Positions 12,667 to 26,435 of a DNA stretch of 64,000 nt are shown here, piece by piece. The DNA is from Diadema antillarum (Eukaryota). The position numbers were made by a program, and so were the translations under genes. The stretch lies in the NCBI RefSeq assembly GCF_040938485.1, contig NW_027271529.1, forward strand, positions 682,001-746,000, given 5' to 3'. The notes beneath the pieces are model-generated. The model searched no databases, was not told the DNA's origin, and saw only the letters and a program-made list of their open reading frames with translations. How positions within the stretch are numbered: the first letter of the stretch is position 1; the number at the start of each line of letters is the position of its first letter.

Positions 12667-15600
12667 ATGGCTGCTGTTGCCTCAACAAGTGCATCAACTG
12701 GTGTGCAAGGGAGAACACCACCCAATTCAAATGGTAGTGAAATTCCCACCATTGCCAGCAACACAGGGAAGTTCATCGACAGAAATCGTGACATGACTGC
12801 GGTAAATACAAAAAAGTGCATTTTAGAGATGGTTTAAATTATAATTATTATAATTATCTTAAATTATAATATAACTAGATCTATTCCACGTTACAAGACT
12901 TGAGATGTGTAACAACAGTTTATTAGTTAGAATCTAATTATTATTTTGTATTTGTATAAATATGTAACAAGTCGTTAGACATATTGTAACATACCACAAA
13001 TGTCATACTCATAAATGTCATGGTTGTCACGAGAAATGTCACAAGAAGAATTGTATTGTTTGTAGAACCTACACTACTAGGTAGAATTTCTAACACGTTA
13101 TAGGTTCTAGAGTCGTAAACTTGTCCATTTGTACTCTAGCCGTTAGAATCCAGATCTGATGTTAGAACTCGTCAAAACTCTTGAAAGTAAAGAATCACAA
13201 GTCAAGTGACCACGCTGACACTGAGACTTTGACCCGAACAAAGTCAACCCCCACCCTCCCCCCAGAAAAAGAAAAAGAAAAAGGGAAAAAGAACTTAGCA
13301 TGTCTAATTGTAACGTTAGACCTTAAGAAGGCATAAGGGTTGTACGTAGTCTATGTAGTGGATGTGTTTTGTTCATTGTCTCTTTTCTCTGTTTAATAAT
13401 AAAAGAAATTGTTAGTGTTATTCTATTATAAGCTGCTCAAATGTAATAAAATGTGTGTTTTTGTGCTATTTTGCCTTTTTATCACTGTGCATCACTGCAT
13501 GGTCTTAAACTTCCAGGCCAGGGGGGGGTTACATGGGTGGGCCACTGTGGCCCGAGTCATTCATTGACCATGCCATGCCCATGCCATGGGGGATGTTATC
13601 TCCATTTTTCTTCCTTCCCTCCCTCTTTTTTTTTCTCATCTCAGCCCTTCCTTCTGCAATATATTGTTTTCATTTATTTGCAGAGATGATATTTAAAGTA
13701 GTATTCTGTATTTTTTTTTTTGACCTTGTTTTTAACAAGCTCTGTTTTTTAGGTCCCACACAACATTCTGTGTACCGGTATATACAGTAATACAAAACCT
13801 GCTTCTGTTTCGGTAATTGATAGTCATTGTAATTAATAATAGTATGCACCTGTTCTGTGGATGTGTGGGAAATAAAGTCAATTGCACTGAATTGAGTTTT
13901 TCAAGTGTTTTCTGCTTGAAGTAAGCGATAGCACAGAGACTAAGGTTTTTTTTTTCAACAATTTCACCTTCTGTAATCTGTTCTGTGCATTATACAGGCA
14001 GGGAAGCTCATCACTATGCCAGGAGAAACTGCGAGAGATTGCATGAATATAGAAAGGGTAAGTCACACTTTCTTGGATTGCCTCGTATTGAATACAGATA
14101 TCATAGCCTAGTATGCAGTCTTTATGTAGAGTACCGTGCAATGGCTGACATAGTGAACCACTGAACCAACATGTTCACGGAGATCACTTTTGGCTTAAAT
14201 AGGCAGCATCAGACTACAGTAAAGACTACTCAACTGTACCTTAGTTATGGGTAAACTCGGCATAGCGGGTAAACTCGGCTTCCAGTGCGCAGGTTACAAC
14301 TATCTATAATGCGCGCGCTGAGGGCTGAGTTTACCCATAACTACGGTACATGTAAGAATTTGATATCGCTTGAGATATACTGGGATTTCTCATGTTTATA
14401 ATAATGTGCTATCCATTGCATACACATCCTAATGATGAAATCAGTATTGAATTCTAAAGGTTGCATTTCATCTTTTTTTGTCTTCTTTATTCTTATGAAT
14501 CTCAGTTTGAAGAAGTACACTGTATCAAATTCATGGCTTCTCTCATACTCCTTCAGGTTCAAACTCCTCCGATTGTCAAAAAGTTCCGTAATATGACACA
14601 ACCCGAACCTCAGGTAAAGAGGGTGTTCTGGGGCAAAGCCGGTGATCCAGACACTGCTTCTACAATTTCCCATGGCGTGGAAACCAGTGGTTCACTGAAG
14701 GTAAGTTATTGGTGTGCAGCTCTGCAGTATTTGAAGTTGTGAAATACATTGCACAAATTTTTGTAAAGGTCTAGAAACTTTTCAGTTGATGGTAATCCAG
14801 TATCATGATTTACAAATACAATGCAGGATGATCAAATGTCATATACTCAGCATCCATTGTACTGCATTTTGCTCAGATTTAGAGTGAGAGTGTACATGTA
14901 TACAGCTGTACATGTATGTGAACTTACAAATGTACCTGATAGTTAACAACCTTGCTTGAGCAATGTACATGTCAACAACTTCTACATCTGTGAGAGTAAT
15001 TTCATTTCACATTTTTGGAAAAAAGAGGGGAGGGGTATGTATGTGGAATCATTGAAGAGAGCGTGTATTTATAATTCACTTTTACTTATTTAGAAGAAAC
15101 AGTGTTCCAGAACCTCAGGACTGGTACCAGTTCAAAAATGCGGAGTGATATTTATCACGAATAGATCACTCACATTGCACCCATATTATGACCTTTATTG
15201 ATTTTGTAGGGGAGAATAACTACTGTATATATCGAATGTTTTGCGAGGTTTTTATTTTCACGAATTTCGCGAGTCAGGTGCTATTCGCGAAATTAAATAC
15301 ATGCAAAAATATTGCCAAAATAGCAACTCTGATCCCGATGTGGATGTGACGTAGTACAGGACTCCACGGTTGCGAATTTAACCACTCGTGAAATCCACAG
15401 GAATTCCTGATTCACAAAAATTTAGACTGGCACAATATATGGTGTATACAGTAGTTTGCCAAATATATATTTATATAAGTTTTGTGTAATATCTGAAATG
15501 CTGACCATATTCAACGTGCATTCATTTAGATTTAAGGTTCCCCCTAAAAGATGGAAAATTAATGTAATGGTTTCATTTTGAGAAGATGAAGATTAAGACC

Positions 15601-18600
15601 ATGTGAATACTACCAGAATGAACAAAGAAATGCCAAATTCTTTATTTCCAGTGATGGAAAGGCAGGGACATACCAATAAAAAAGAAAAGAAAGAAAATTA
15701 TTGCGTATCTTTCAGCTGTAAAGTGTCTTGTATTCTTGTTTCATATGTGTAGGCTGGTGATGTTGTAAACCCACAACCGAAGACTCTCTTTGAGCAGCGC
15801 CTGGCGGAGAAGAAGGAATCACTCTACGCCAGCAAGCAGAAAGCTCCCCTCGGACAGTCCCATGACCAGAGCCCTGGACTGCCAGCAGACATTGACCCCT
15901 TAAAAACAGCATTTGGCACCAAAAATGTCTTTGGTGAGACAATTGTATATAAATTCAGAAAAAGTGCATGATCATTTTCCACCGTCTACCCTCTAGGGAT
16001 GGCATTAGTGACTTCCACGGAGCAAAGGAAATTTTTAGATGTGGGCAGTAGAATGAGAAAATTACCAGAACTCAGGATTGAGACGTAGACTTTGATCTGC
16101 TCCAAAGTAGATTAAACAACCAGCCGTCAATTCACACAAATTGCAGAGCTCTCCAACAACATGTGCATTGCATTGGTGTCTTTGACAATACAATGCAGCT
16201 CTTTCCATTGTCCATACAATTGCCTCACTGATCATCAAGATTTCATTTAATACTAATCAAGTTTTGAGATTATTAGATTCTATAATGTGTACATTGTACC
16301 TCACAAGAAGTGCATTTCACAGGATACATCCTGTGCCAGATGATTTATGATTTAATATTTCTTTCACTACCGGTTGATTTTGTAAAATTAGATTTCAATA
16401 CTAGTAGTATCCTTTTGGAGCAGAAAAGTTAGTGATTTTGCACCTTTGAAATAAGCAATTAATGCTTTTGTATTACAAGAGACAACATTTCTGCCAAAAT
16501 TTTTGCTAAGTTTGTGAATAGCAATGGACTCACCAAATTCGCAATAAATAAACAACAGCAACAAATGACAAACAAAAACAAGAACCTCCCAAAGACAAAC
16601 TCATGCAATAAACCATGTGTACAGTGTCTATTTTTAGTAAAAAACAAAATAAAACATTGTATATCACAACTTTGAAGAGAACTCACTCATAAGAGTAATC
16701 TCAACTAACAATGCCCTTGTGTTTCTTTCTTTGTGTGTGTGAAGATTGCACCGCAGGGGAATTAGTCAGTCCTGCCAAAACCTACCAACAGGTGTTTGCC
16801 GAGAGCGAGCAGGGCAGGGACCTCTACAAGTTCACGCACCATGACTTCGATGTGGGTGAATCTGTCGACCGCGACTACGACTGGTCTAGCTACCCGAAAG
16901 AGGGCTTCTTCGGAATCGCCACTCCCCACGACAACGATGGCAAGAACGTGGCAAAGACCCTGGAGTGGTTGCGCAATGATCAGCTGTGAGTACAGATCTT
17001 CAAGGACAATCAATGCATACAAAGTGTTATGTATGCATACTGTATGCTCCGAAAACATGAAGCATGATTCTGTTGGAAGTGTGTACTTTGTCGCCTCGAA
17101 GGCAAACAGCTATAACCTGTTTAGTGCTTCGTATGTCCAGCTTTTGAGTGTGACAGGATATTAATTTTCATTTTCTTGTAATCGCCCTTTCTGTGCCACA
17201 AGTTCACCCATATCGGTGTGTAGTTTTAGTGAATGCAGCAATACCAGTAGATCAGTGAAAGTTTGAGGAAAATTGGACAGTCTGTTCAAAAGTTATGAAT
17301 TTTTTAAGTTTTAGTGCTGACAGTGCTGAATGAGAAGACTACAACAGTTTGTGATGTCATATGCATAGACTGATATAAAGACAAAAAAATAAACAGAACG
17401 GCAAGGAGAGATATGAACAAATATAATGAGTATTTCAAGCAATTGTACCATGTGTTTGGCATTCAGGACCAGTTTAAACAATAATAATTGCTGTGGCTGT
17501 GAACTATTTATAATTTGTTGTTTTGTTTTGTTTTGATAAAATTGTTCTGCATTGTCATGCCTGGAGTATAGTAGTCATCCACAAATTAAAACCTGCAGAT
17601 GTATGCAGATTGGAATTAATTTTCATATAATTGGTAATACAATTTGCAAACCAGTGACAAAGGCACGAAGGTGGTGTCCAAGCGAGTGGATGACTTCCGG
17701 GAGCGCACCCAGCCCCAGCTGGGTCAGGTCCACGACCCCATCAAGGAGACCCTGACAGTACCCCCGGACCACTCCTATGGGATCCTTCTCAAGCCGGACG
17801 AGTACGGCGCTGGGGACTTGATCCACGGCCGCTACCCCGGCAGCTATCTGCGGGGGAAGGACAGGGAGAGGGGGCTGGTGGCTGCCATCCGCCAGCAGCT
17901 CAAGAAGGCCAACTACCACAACTTCAATAATCTTCAAGCGGCTTTCAACCACTACGACAAGGTAAAGCTACAAATTGTTTTAATCCCCTTTACTACATAT
18001 ATGATTTTCCATCAAATGTCAAATAAAGTGGAGTCAAAAGGTGCCTGAGCTTTCTTGATCTCAACAGAATCTTTGTCAGAGGCAAAATGACAGTCATAAA
18101 GGGTAAGCAAACACATTGATGGACTGCAGACATATAACGACATCTAACATACAATATTAATATAGCATCGAAAGAATATTCTGCTAGGATTGAAAGCTTG
18201 TAGGCCCCAGTCTACTAAATGCGCTTGCTACCATGGGATAAGCAGTTTGTAGCAGCTTTTTTCTACTAATATAGAATAACATAAACCAAATCAGCGCATG
18301 TTGATTTTGCATTTGTGACTTTGAACCCGTTTTTTCTTTATTTCTTTGGTTGGGTTTAGATACGAATTGCTAGGTATTGATGAATGTACTTATTAGATAT
18401 GGTTGGACTTGAAAAAAAAAAGACCTGAGAGATTTATCTTTTACTGTTTCTGATCTAAATGAAATTTATTGTTGTAATGTTTAAAGAAATTCAGTTTTCA
18501 TAATTGATCACAGCACGTGCATTGATGAGATCAAAGTAGTAGTCCAGTGAAGTGTCTCCTTGACAACTTCCTGATTACGTGAATTCCATGACCGAGATCA

Positions 18601-21268
18601 CCGAATCTCCTAACTGAATGAGATACAACAAAGTTATTGCTTGTAGTCACTGTGAGGCCAAACTATATCTGGGAATGGATGACCGGATTGAAATTAGATG
18701 TTTAACATTTACCTAAATATGAAAACCAGATTTCGGAGAATTAGCTGAACACTCTGAGCATTCTTGGTAAAATTGGAAGGTGTATATACAATTTTGTATT
18801 TTCTAGAACCAAATCTGTGACATTTGTTTGCAATCTCTGCAGAACGGTGACGGAAAGATCGACATCAACGAGCTGCGGCTGTGCTGCGAACAGTTCAGCC
18901 TCCCCGTGGAACCGGAGCTCCTGGCCCAGCTCATCCTCTACGTGGATGCAAACTCCGACGGCTACATCAACTACAGCGAGTTTGCCAACTTCCTGAACTG
19001 GAAGGACAAGATGGAGGAAGGTCAGAGGTTGACCAATCCACAGTCCACTGTGCCCAAGCAGGAGGAGGAGAAAGAGAAGGAGGGGACTCCGGAGCGGATC
19101 AAGAAGCAAATCGACGAGGCCATTGGCGGTCATCGCACATCAGCGCAAATGATTAATTCGGTGGTCGGCGGTGTGTCAACAAAAGGTAAGATTTGTTTTT
19201 CTTTCCTGGCATGGTGCCAAAGTTCTACAACGTAGGTTACGCAATTTGCAAAGGTCAAAAGTTGTAGGGATGTTAGGTATGCATCTGTTGACTCGTATTT
19301 GAGTAAATGTCCATGAATATAACAAATTAGGCCTATTAGATGCCTGTGAGTGTCCGTAAGATAGCGTACTTTCTCCTCATCACTGAAATATTTTGCAACA
19401 TCAACTTCAACTTTGATTTAAATCAAGATCTATAATTCTAGCCCAGATGTTTGATTTAGTTACCTCAAGATCGTTATATTAAGACTTTCTCTATTCACAA
19501 TGATATCAAGCTTGCGGTCAGACAATAAAATGGATTTTGCTATGTTCATGTGGGAAAGATCATTATGGGTTTTTTTTTTTTTAATTTGTATCTATTTTTT
19601 TTTTGGGGGGGGGGGGAGGAAGAGAGATGAGCAGGGGACTTAAGTGGGGAATTCATGACGATTAAACTAATCTTATTTTTATGAATGTGTAATGTGACCC
19701 TTTAAACCAATATGTTGTTCCTCCTGCATATCTGCAAATTCAGATTACAGAACATATGGTGTGCCAACGATACGCAGTGACATCGCGGCTCCCAGGGTGA
19801 AGCGCATCAGTGATTCAAAGAATTATGGCGACGAGTCGGATGCCTACGGCCTCATCAACCCGTCCATCTACAGCAATAGGGGCGTTTACGAGAAAGATTT
19901 CTTCCAGCCAAGGCATCCAGAGCAGGTAAATTTGTGACGATTAATGCAGCTGTATAAAATTGTTATAATTTAGCACTAGAAAGTAAGTCAAAAGTTCCAA
20001 AGAGTGAGCGCCTGTGACTTTGCTGGGTGGTACAGTCATGAAGAGAAGGCACAAAATTACTTTGTTTAAATCCATATACTAGTGAGACGCTGCGTCTGTA
20101 TTCAATCGCATGCTCAGCATGTGGGTTCACAGAACATAGTTTGTACAGAAGGTGACATACAGATTATCCAAGTATCTTACTGAGACTGTGACTGAAGAGT
20201 ATGAATACAACTTTTGTAAGAGGCAGTGACCTGTTGAAATGGTAAGATAGAAGGAGCTCTAATTCTCTTCAATCTTGGACCCCGTTTACAGTGCGGGGCT
20301 GGGCCGAGCTGCGGCCGAGCCGCGGCCGAGCCCAGCCTCAATTGCGGGGCCGAGCCTCACAATTTTGTCTGTTTATACTCTGCCTGGCTCGGCCGCGCTT
20401 TTGATTCAAACCTTTCAATATTTTGTCGTAGTGGCGCTCTGCTTGTAAACAAATGCAATTTGGCATTGTCTGGTTTTCAGACCCTTTGCTAACTGAATTC
20501 CGTGGCGACGAAGTCGCCGTTCGGGCAAAGGCCTTTGCCAAAGGAAAAATCCTTTGCAGGACAAAACCACCTTAAACTATACTAGTTTTCGACGTTGAGG
20601 GGGTTAATATCCTGAATAGCGAAATAGTACAGGCAGAGGGTTTGGAAGCCAGACTAAAATTGGCCGCGCATTTGGCCCAGTTTGCGTTTACACTGAGAAA
20701 AGGCCGGGCTTGGCCGCTGCTCGGCCGCGGCCAAGACCACCTCCAGAGCGTGGCCAAATGCGAGGCCAATTTTGGCCTCGCATTTGGCCTTTTGCATGTT
20801 TACACTGAAATGAAGGTGTGCTCGGCCGCGGCCTCGCCTCGCACTGTAAACGGGGTCTTGGAATGTGTCATTTTCCTTCGCAAAGTTTTATAGAAAATTC
20901 CATTGTGTCTTTGTTTATTCAAATGAATGAATTCTTCAAATTCATGAAATTCTTCCGTCGAGATGAATTTCATTCATCATTAATTATTTACGTCAATGTA
21001 GGGCAACTTGTCAATCAGTTATAATGAATTCTTGCATGGAGTTGTTTTTATTGCAATTATTCCATTGTGCTCACAGATCAAGGGCATCTTTTCAAACATC
21101 GGGGTTGAAATGGACCAGGACACCTTCCAGAAGCTGTGGTCTCTGGCGGCGTCACGGAGTGACCGCGGCCAGGTCAGTGTGGAGAGCTTCAGAAACGTGC
21201 TGGACGAGGTGCAAGCCATGCAGCTGGCAGACGAGGCCCAGGAGAAAGGCAGCCCCGAGCTTGTGTAG
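12667..21268 (+). CDS. EFHB: EF-hand domain-containing family member B (CFAP21), ciliary microtubule inner protein; 9 coding exons, 594 aa
   Basis: Exons 12667-12801, 13998-14057, 14557-14700, 15753-15933, 16745-16985, 17655-17961, 18843-19185, 19744-19925, 21077-21268. All GT-AG, phases compatible, total 1785 nt with no internal stop. Motifs recognised as EFHB-like: TPPIVKKFRN, KKESLYASKQKAPLGQSHDQSPGLP, TPHDNDGKNVAKTLEWL, EF-hands DKNGDGKIDINE and DANSDGYINYSE, YRTYGVPTIRSDIAAPRVKRISDSKNYGDE. The start exon has an upstream acceptor at 12617-12618, so a non-coding first exon is implied. Confidence 0.93.
14239..14346. mobile_element. 108-bp MITE
   Basis: TIR CC(T/G)TAGTTATGGGTAAACTC, TA flanks, internal direct repeat GGGTAAACTCGGC. 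Confidence 0.8.
15223..15451. mobile_element. TA-flanked MITE (CTGTATA family) in an EFHB intron
   Basis: ta-CTGTATA...TATACAG-ta; reverse-complement homolog at 41356-41591. Confidence 0.85.
20278..20857. mobile_element. PIF/Harbinger-type MITE in the last EFHB intron
   Basis: TIR GACCCCGTTTACAGTGCG / CGCACTGTAAACGGGGTC, 3-bp duplication TTG, GC-rich subterminal GGCCGAG repeats. Confidence 0.85.
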
Positions 21269-23242
21269 GCTGATGCTGAAGTTGTTTGGAACACCCCCCA
21301 CTCGCCAGTCGAGTCTACCAAGTTAACAACATGCATCGTATGCAGCGCTTGTTTTGCTGGCTTAATTCTTGTTTATTCATGAGGACGAACCCTGAACTTT
21401 TGATGGATTCTCAAAGAAGAGAAATGGGCAAAGAGGACTCAGTTGCATGGAGTATTAAAAGTGTCTCAAGGCTATCCTGTCCTACAGAAGGTCATCTTTT
21501 CATCTATACTCCTTTGTAAAGCAACAAGTATCAAAACGTCATTGAAGATTTCAAAGAGGATGAAACTTACACTGTTGCTGCTCTCTGCCATAAAAAAAAA
21601 CAACAAGAAAAATGAAAGACTGATGAATATGTGGCTATTATCTCTGGTTTCAGTGGTTACATGTTAGTTTGTGTCTCTCGACACTAGTGCCTTTCATTTG
21701 CTTGCATCATTGTCTTCGCAAACTCTGTCCAAACCACATTCTATGCAATTGAATTGAGCTGAATCCACCGTGCATGCAAATTTGATATATTGACACATAG
21801 TGCTTACTATCTGTCCTTCCACTTAGTTTGTAAATGTCTGATTGAAGCTTTTCTTGAAGATTGACAATGCACATCAATGCCTTGATCACTTGTTGCACAA
21901 GACGTGGCATTTCTTTCAAGCAATTTGTGTATTAATTCAAACAGATGATTGTATTATATTACCGCGAGATATGTTTCAAAGGGAATTACTAACATCTGCC
22001 TGTTTGTGTATTCATGCAGACTCTGCAGATCAGACAGAATACTTGGGGCAAATATATTTATGACCAGTTCCCACCGTGTGAACTATATTGACAATTCTGC
22101 ATATTAATGCAAGTAATGTCTGTATGTCATACATTTCTTCCACTGCTGTTATTCCGGCCATCTGTGCAATGCACAAATGAACTCTATGCAAGCACATTCC
22201 AAGAACTTTTGTAATTCTTTTTATTTTCTGTGTTTGTGTTTGTTTGATAAATTGTTTTTGCATTTGATCAAGTGTGAAACATTCTAAACAGATATCGGGC
22301 AGAAATACTGAGGAAAAAGGAAATAAAACTACTTTCGTAAATACAAGTAACAAAAAGCTCACTGTAAACTCTGCATTTCCACAAGGTTTTTGAACACCTT
22401 TAAGTTCACGTGAAAACTTTTCACAAGGAAAAGGAAAGGTATGCTCATTTCTGCCACCGCATGATGATGTACCCGAGTTATCCATGGCGTCCATTTTTTT
22501 TCTCCTGGTCTTTGCATTCCACCGATTGCCATATGAGCGATAGTTTTGACTGGACTGGTGCATATCCATATCTTTTTGAGCTTTTTTTTTTTTTTTTTTT
22601 TTTTATGAACGAATGAACTTGGTGAAATTTGTTGCTGCAAAATATGCAGCGGTGACCGTGCACAATTACAGTGCACTCTTGCTATAACGAACACAGTTAT
22701 AACGAAATTCCGGTTACACTGAAGTAAAAATTAGGGCCGCAACATTATCCACTCTACGTATTTTGATTGTTTATTTGTTCGGTTATAACAATATTTTGAT
22801 ATAACGAAAGAAAACTGCCGGTCCCGAGGCGAGGACTTCAATATAACGGGAGTCCACTCGATGTATGCACAAATCATAGAACTCTGTCATCCTTGCTTGT
22901 CTGAAGAACTGAAAGCTGCCATACTAAACACTTGTTCATATCTGGTGAGAGTCAGGAATATTTGCATTTCATGCTTACCTCCAGATATCTTTATGTTCTC
23001 TTGCAGGACTTTAAAGCACCCACATGTTGTTTGGTATTCAGTCAAGTATGCATTTTTCCACACGATTTACTTATTCTAACATATTCTACTCTTTGCCAAA
23101 AAGAATGAATACTTGCACAACACAACATGTCTTGTGTATCTTTTTATTATTTTTTAACAGTTATTTGATATCTAAAGCTTCTTCCAACTTCTCATACTAT
23201 GCCAATAATCTACACGCCATGTTCTTCAGCGGGGTTTCTATT

Positions 23243-24312
23243 TTTATACCTCCGCCAACGAAGTGGCCGGAGGCATTACGTTTTCGGGTCGTCCGTCCGT
23301 CCGTCCGTACGTCCGTCCGTACGTCCGTCCGTACGTCCGTCCCGTTTTGTTTTTGTCGATATCTCAAGAACCATGTGGTGGTTTTACATCAAACTTGGTA
23401 TGAGGGTATACCCTGGGGGGATAATACTTTGTGTGGATTTTAGGGTCACAGGGTCAAAGGTCAAAGGTCACAGGTTATTTTGGAAAAAAAAAGATTGAAA
23501 TTTCATGTTTTTCTCCATATCTCGCAAATGGTTCAAGGTATCTTCATGGAACTTAGTATATATGCTTGTACCGATGAGCAGTGATTATCTAGGGAAGTTG
23601 GGGGTCATGGTTCAAAGGTCAGGGGGTCAAAGGTCAAGGTCAACTCCTCAAAATATCACTACTTTACTCCTCAAAATATCACTACTTTACTCCTCAAAAT
23701 ATCACTACTTTCCTTAAAATGCAATGCCTGAAGGTTTTTTTTTTTTTTTTTTTTTTTTAACTTGATGTATGCATGTATTACCCAATATATATTCTGTGGG
23801 AAGTTTCTTGCCAAAAGGTCAAAAGGTCAAAGGTCAAGTGAAAGTGCTAAATTGCACTTTTTCCTCCATATCTCGAAAGTAACTCAAGGTATCATCATGA
23901 AACTTACATATTTATGCATGTTCTACCTAACAGTGATTCTCTTTGGAACTGTGAGGTCAAAGGTCAAAGGCCAGGTTTAGATAATGCTATTTTACCATTT
24001 GATACTGAAATGATACTTTTTCTCAATACCTTGAAAATTACTCAATGCATAAGCTTATAAAAGGGCCAAAAGTCAAGTAAAAATCATCAGTTCCCCAAAT
24101 ACCTGCACTCTGACATTTTAATCATTCATCAAATTGAACCTAGTTCTAGGAAAGTGAACATTCAGCACATATGTGGCAAACCGGTCATTTTAATATTTTG
24201 CCAATTGTGTGAATCTGTCATCACACATTGTCAAGACATTGTACTATAGACCTATTAGGAGAACCATGCATTATGGCGGAGGCATACCAGTCGCCGTAGC
24301 GATATTTCTAGT
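23243..24312 (+). mobile_element. Non-autonomous Helentron-type (HINE/DINE-1-like) element
   Basis: 5' subTIR ATACCTCCGCCA with adjacent inverted partner TGGCCGGAGGCAT, (GTCC)n microsatellite, 3' subTIR TGGCGGAGGCAT, hairpin TCGC-CGTA-GCGA, end CTAGTTT, T-rich insertion site. This is the known DINE-1/HINE layout. Confidence 0.8.
23643..23711. repeat. 23-bp tandem repeat x3 inside the HINE
   Basis: ACTCCTCAAAATATCACTACTTT at 23643, 23666 and 23689. Confidence 0.95.
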
Positions 24313-25994
24313 TTATACAATTACTTGATATCTTGCTTCTTCCAACTTCTCATACTATGCCAATAATATCTACACACAATGTTCTTCAGCAGGGCTGAAC
24401 TATTAATAGTCATCAGAAAGCCACCAAGAACAACATGCAACTGCCCGACACTTGTGCAAATGAAGACGAGTTTAGTGAAGGATGACGTGAAATTTACTGT
24501 CCTTAATTTGCTGCCTTATAAAAGATTGTTATGGCGTCACAATCCGTCCATGTATTCATATTTGATGTATTAATTGTCTGTGATGAAATTTTGAATTTGT
24601 GATGATCTCTTCAAATACAGCCCTAGACTGAAGGGGTGATCCACCCTTCAATAGAGAATTGAATTTATCATGTACTGCTCATCAGGCTATAGACGTATTA
24701 TGCCAGTGTATTTTACTGTATTTTACTGATTTCTCTTTGGTAGAGAGGATAAACTGATAAAGATTGTATTTACTTTTTTTAAAAATACATATGTATAAAA
24801 ACTATGCTGTATTGCTAAGAGATACTTCAGAAGATATACACATCGAATTCCATGTGAAGTGCACATCAGCTCCTCTTACTAAAGTGCTCTTTAAAGTAAA
24901 TACATTATATGCATTTCTCTCTGTGCCTTTTTTTGCTATAACTTTGTTTTCCATCAAGCACCCACTATGTACAATATTCTAAGTCTGTGGACTGGGAGAT
25001 ATATTTGATTTTTTGTTTTCTCTGATTTTGAGGACAGAAGAATATTTAATGTGCATATTAATATTTGATGTAAATATGATGTATAGTACAGAATTATCTC
25101 CTCTTACCTTGTAATGTTGTAACTTTGTATGTTGGAATTATATGCCACTTTGGAAATTCATTGGAATGTGTGTCTCGTGTCATTGTACAGCAAGAATGTG
25201 CTGCATGAGGATATTGTGGTTGTATGCAGACTCTTGCAATCCTCACAAAAACGTTCTTTACCTTCCTTTCCCTCGCCTCCTTTCTGCTATCCTCCTTCTC
25301 TTCTTTCTTTCGTACAAATTACTGACTTGATATGGTATGGATTATTGCACTGTAAGTTGTTAGCAAGACAAGTTGAATTGAATGGGACAGAGTGAACCAC
25401 GCAACATCCTGGAACGTACCTGTGGCGGTATTAAATTACAGTGAACATGTTTATAACAAGACCACAGTAATTTACTTTCGCTGGTTGGGCATTCCACGTG
25501 CATGTACATATAATATTATATGGGCCAACAAAGCTGAAGGTGTGTGTTGCTTGAAGGTTTGCATGGTGAAGTAACTGATGGAGAGAGGTTTGCGGTGACA
25601 CCATGTGTATGTATTCCTTAACCGGATCATTGCTTGGCAGAAGAAGAGCCTAGAAAGAGGAGAATTGAAGAGGGAAGCAACATATGGGGGTTGTAAGGAG
25701 GGCAAAAAGTGAAGAGTGGAGGACAGTAATGGGCTGGAAGTTGAAGTTGCACTCGTGAAGACGGTAGAGAAGGGAAGAGAGAGAGTGGTAAGGAAGAGTA
25801 GAGTGAGAATTAAGTAAGATGTTTGAACATCGTTAGGAGGAGAAAGATGAAATAGAAGGGAAGAGGAAGAGGGAGGAGTTGAAGGTAGGAAAATCGAGAT
25901 AGGAGAGAGAAGTGAAGATTCATGAAACCAAAGAGAAGAACGAAGTGAAGAAAGAGAAGGCTCATGTCGAAATATATTATATGTATGGTGCATG

Positions 25995-26152
25995 TAAAGA
26001 CCACTGCACCCTATACGACTTTCGGTCACACGACCGACAGACACGGATTCAAAATAATTCACAATAGCCTCAGAGTAAACACGCTTGTATATTTCAGATC
26101 CAGAGTCTGTCAGTCTCGCGACCGAAAGTCATAAAGTGTGCGGCGGCCTTAA
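25995..26152. mobile_element. Small decayed MITE
   Basis: Imperfect inverted ends (gactttcggtc / gaccgaaagtc) with TAA/TTA-like flanks. Confidence 0.5.
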
Positions 26153-26278
26153 TGTGAGCCGTGTTTCCCTTGAAGGAACAGTTACAGAGCATCTGAATAG
26201 TGGATAAAAGTATTTCATCAGTTCTGAAACAGAGGGGCTATGAAGCTATTCAATAAATCTCAAGAAGAGAGTTAATAA

Positions 26279-26435
26279 CCAGGGCCCAAAGTTATGAACA
26301 ACTTACAAGCGACTGGTGATCAGTTCTTGTGCTGAATTATGGAAATTCTGATAAGTATAGCACATCAGAACTGATCACCAGTCGCTCGTAAGTTGTTCGT
26401 AACTTTACAAACAGCTTTATGAAACACCCCCCTGG
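26279..26435. mobile_element. Palindromic (Harbinger-like) MITE remnant
   Basis: 40-bp inverted arms at 26288-26327 and 26367-26406; CCAGGG/CCCTGG ends. Confidence 0.65.

Noticed and set aside
25472-26062. 196-aa Ser/Leu/Phe-rich ORF
   Set aside because: Antisense reading of a purine-rich low-complexity tract.
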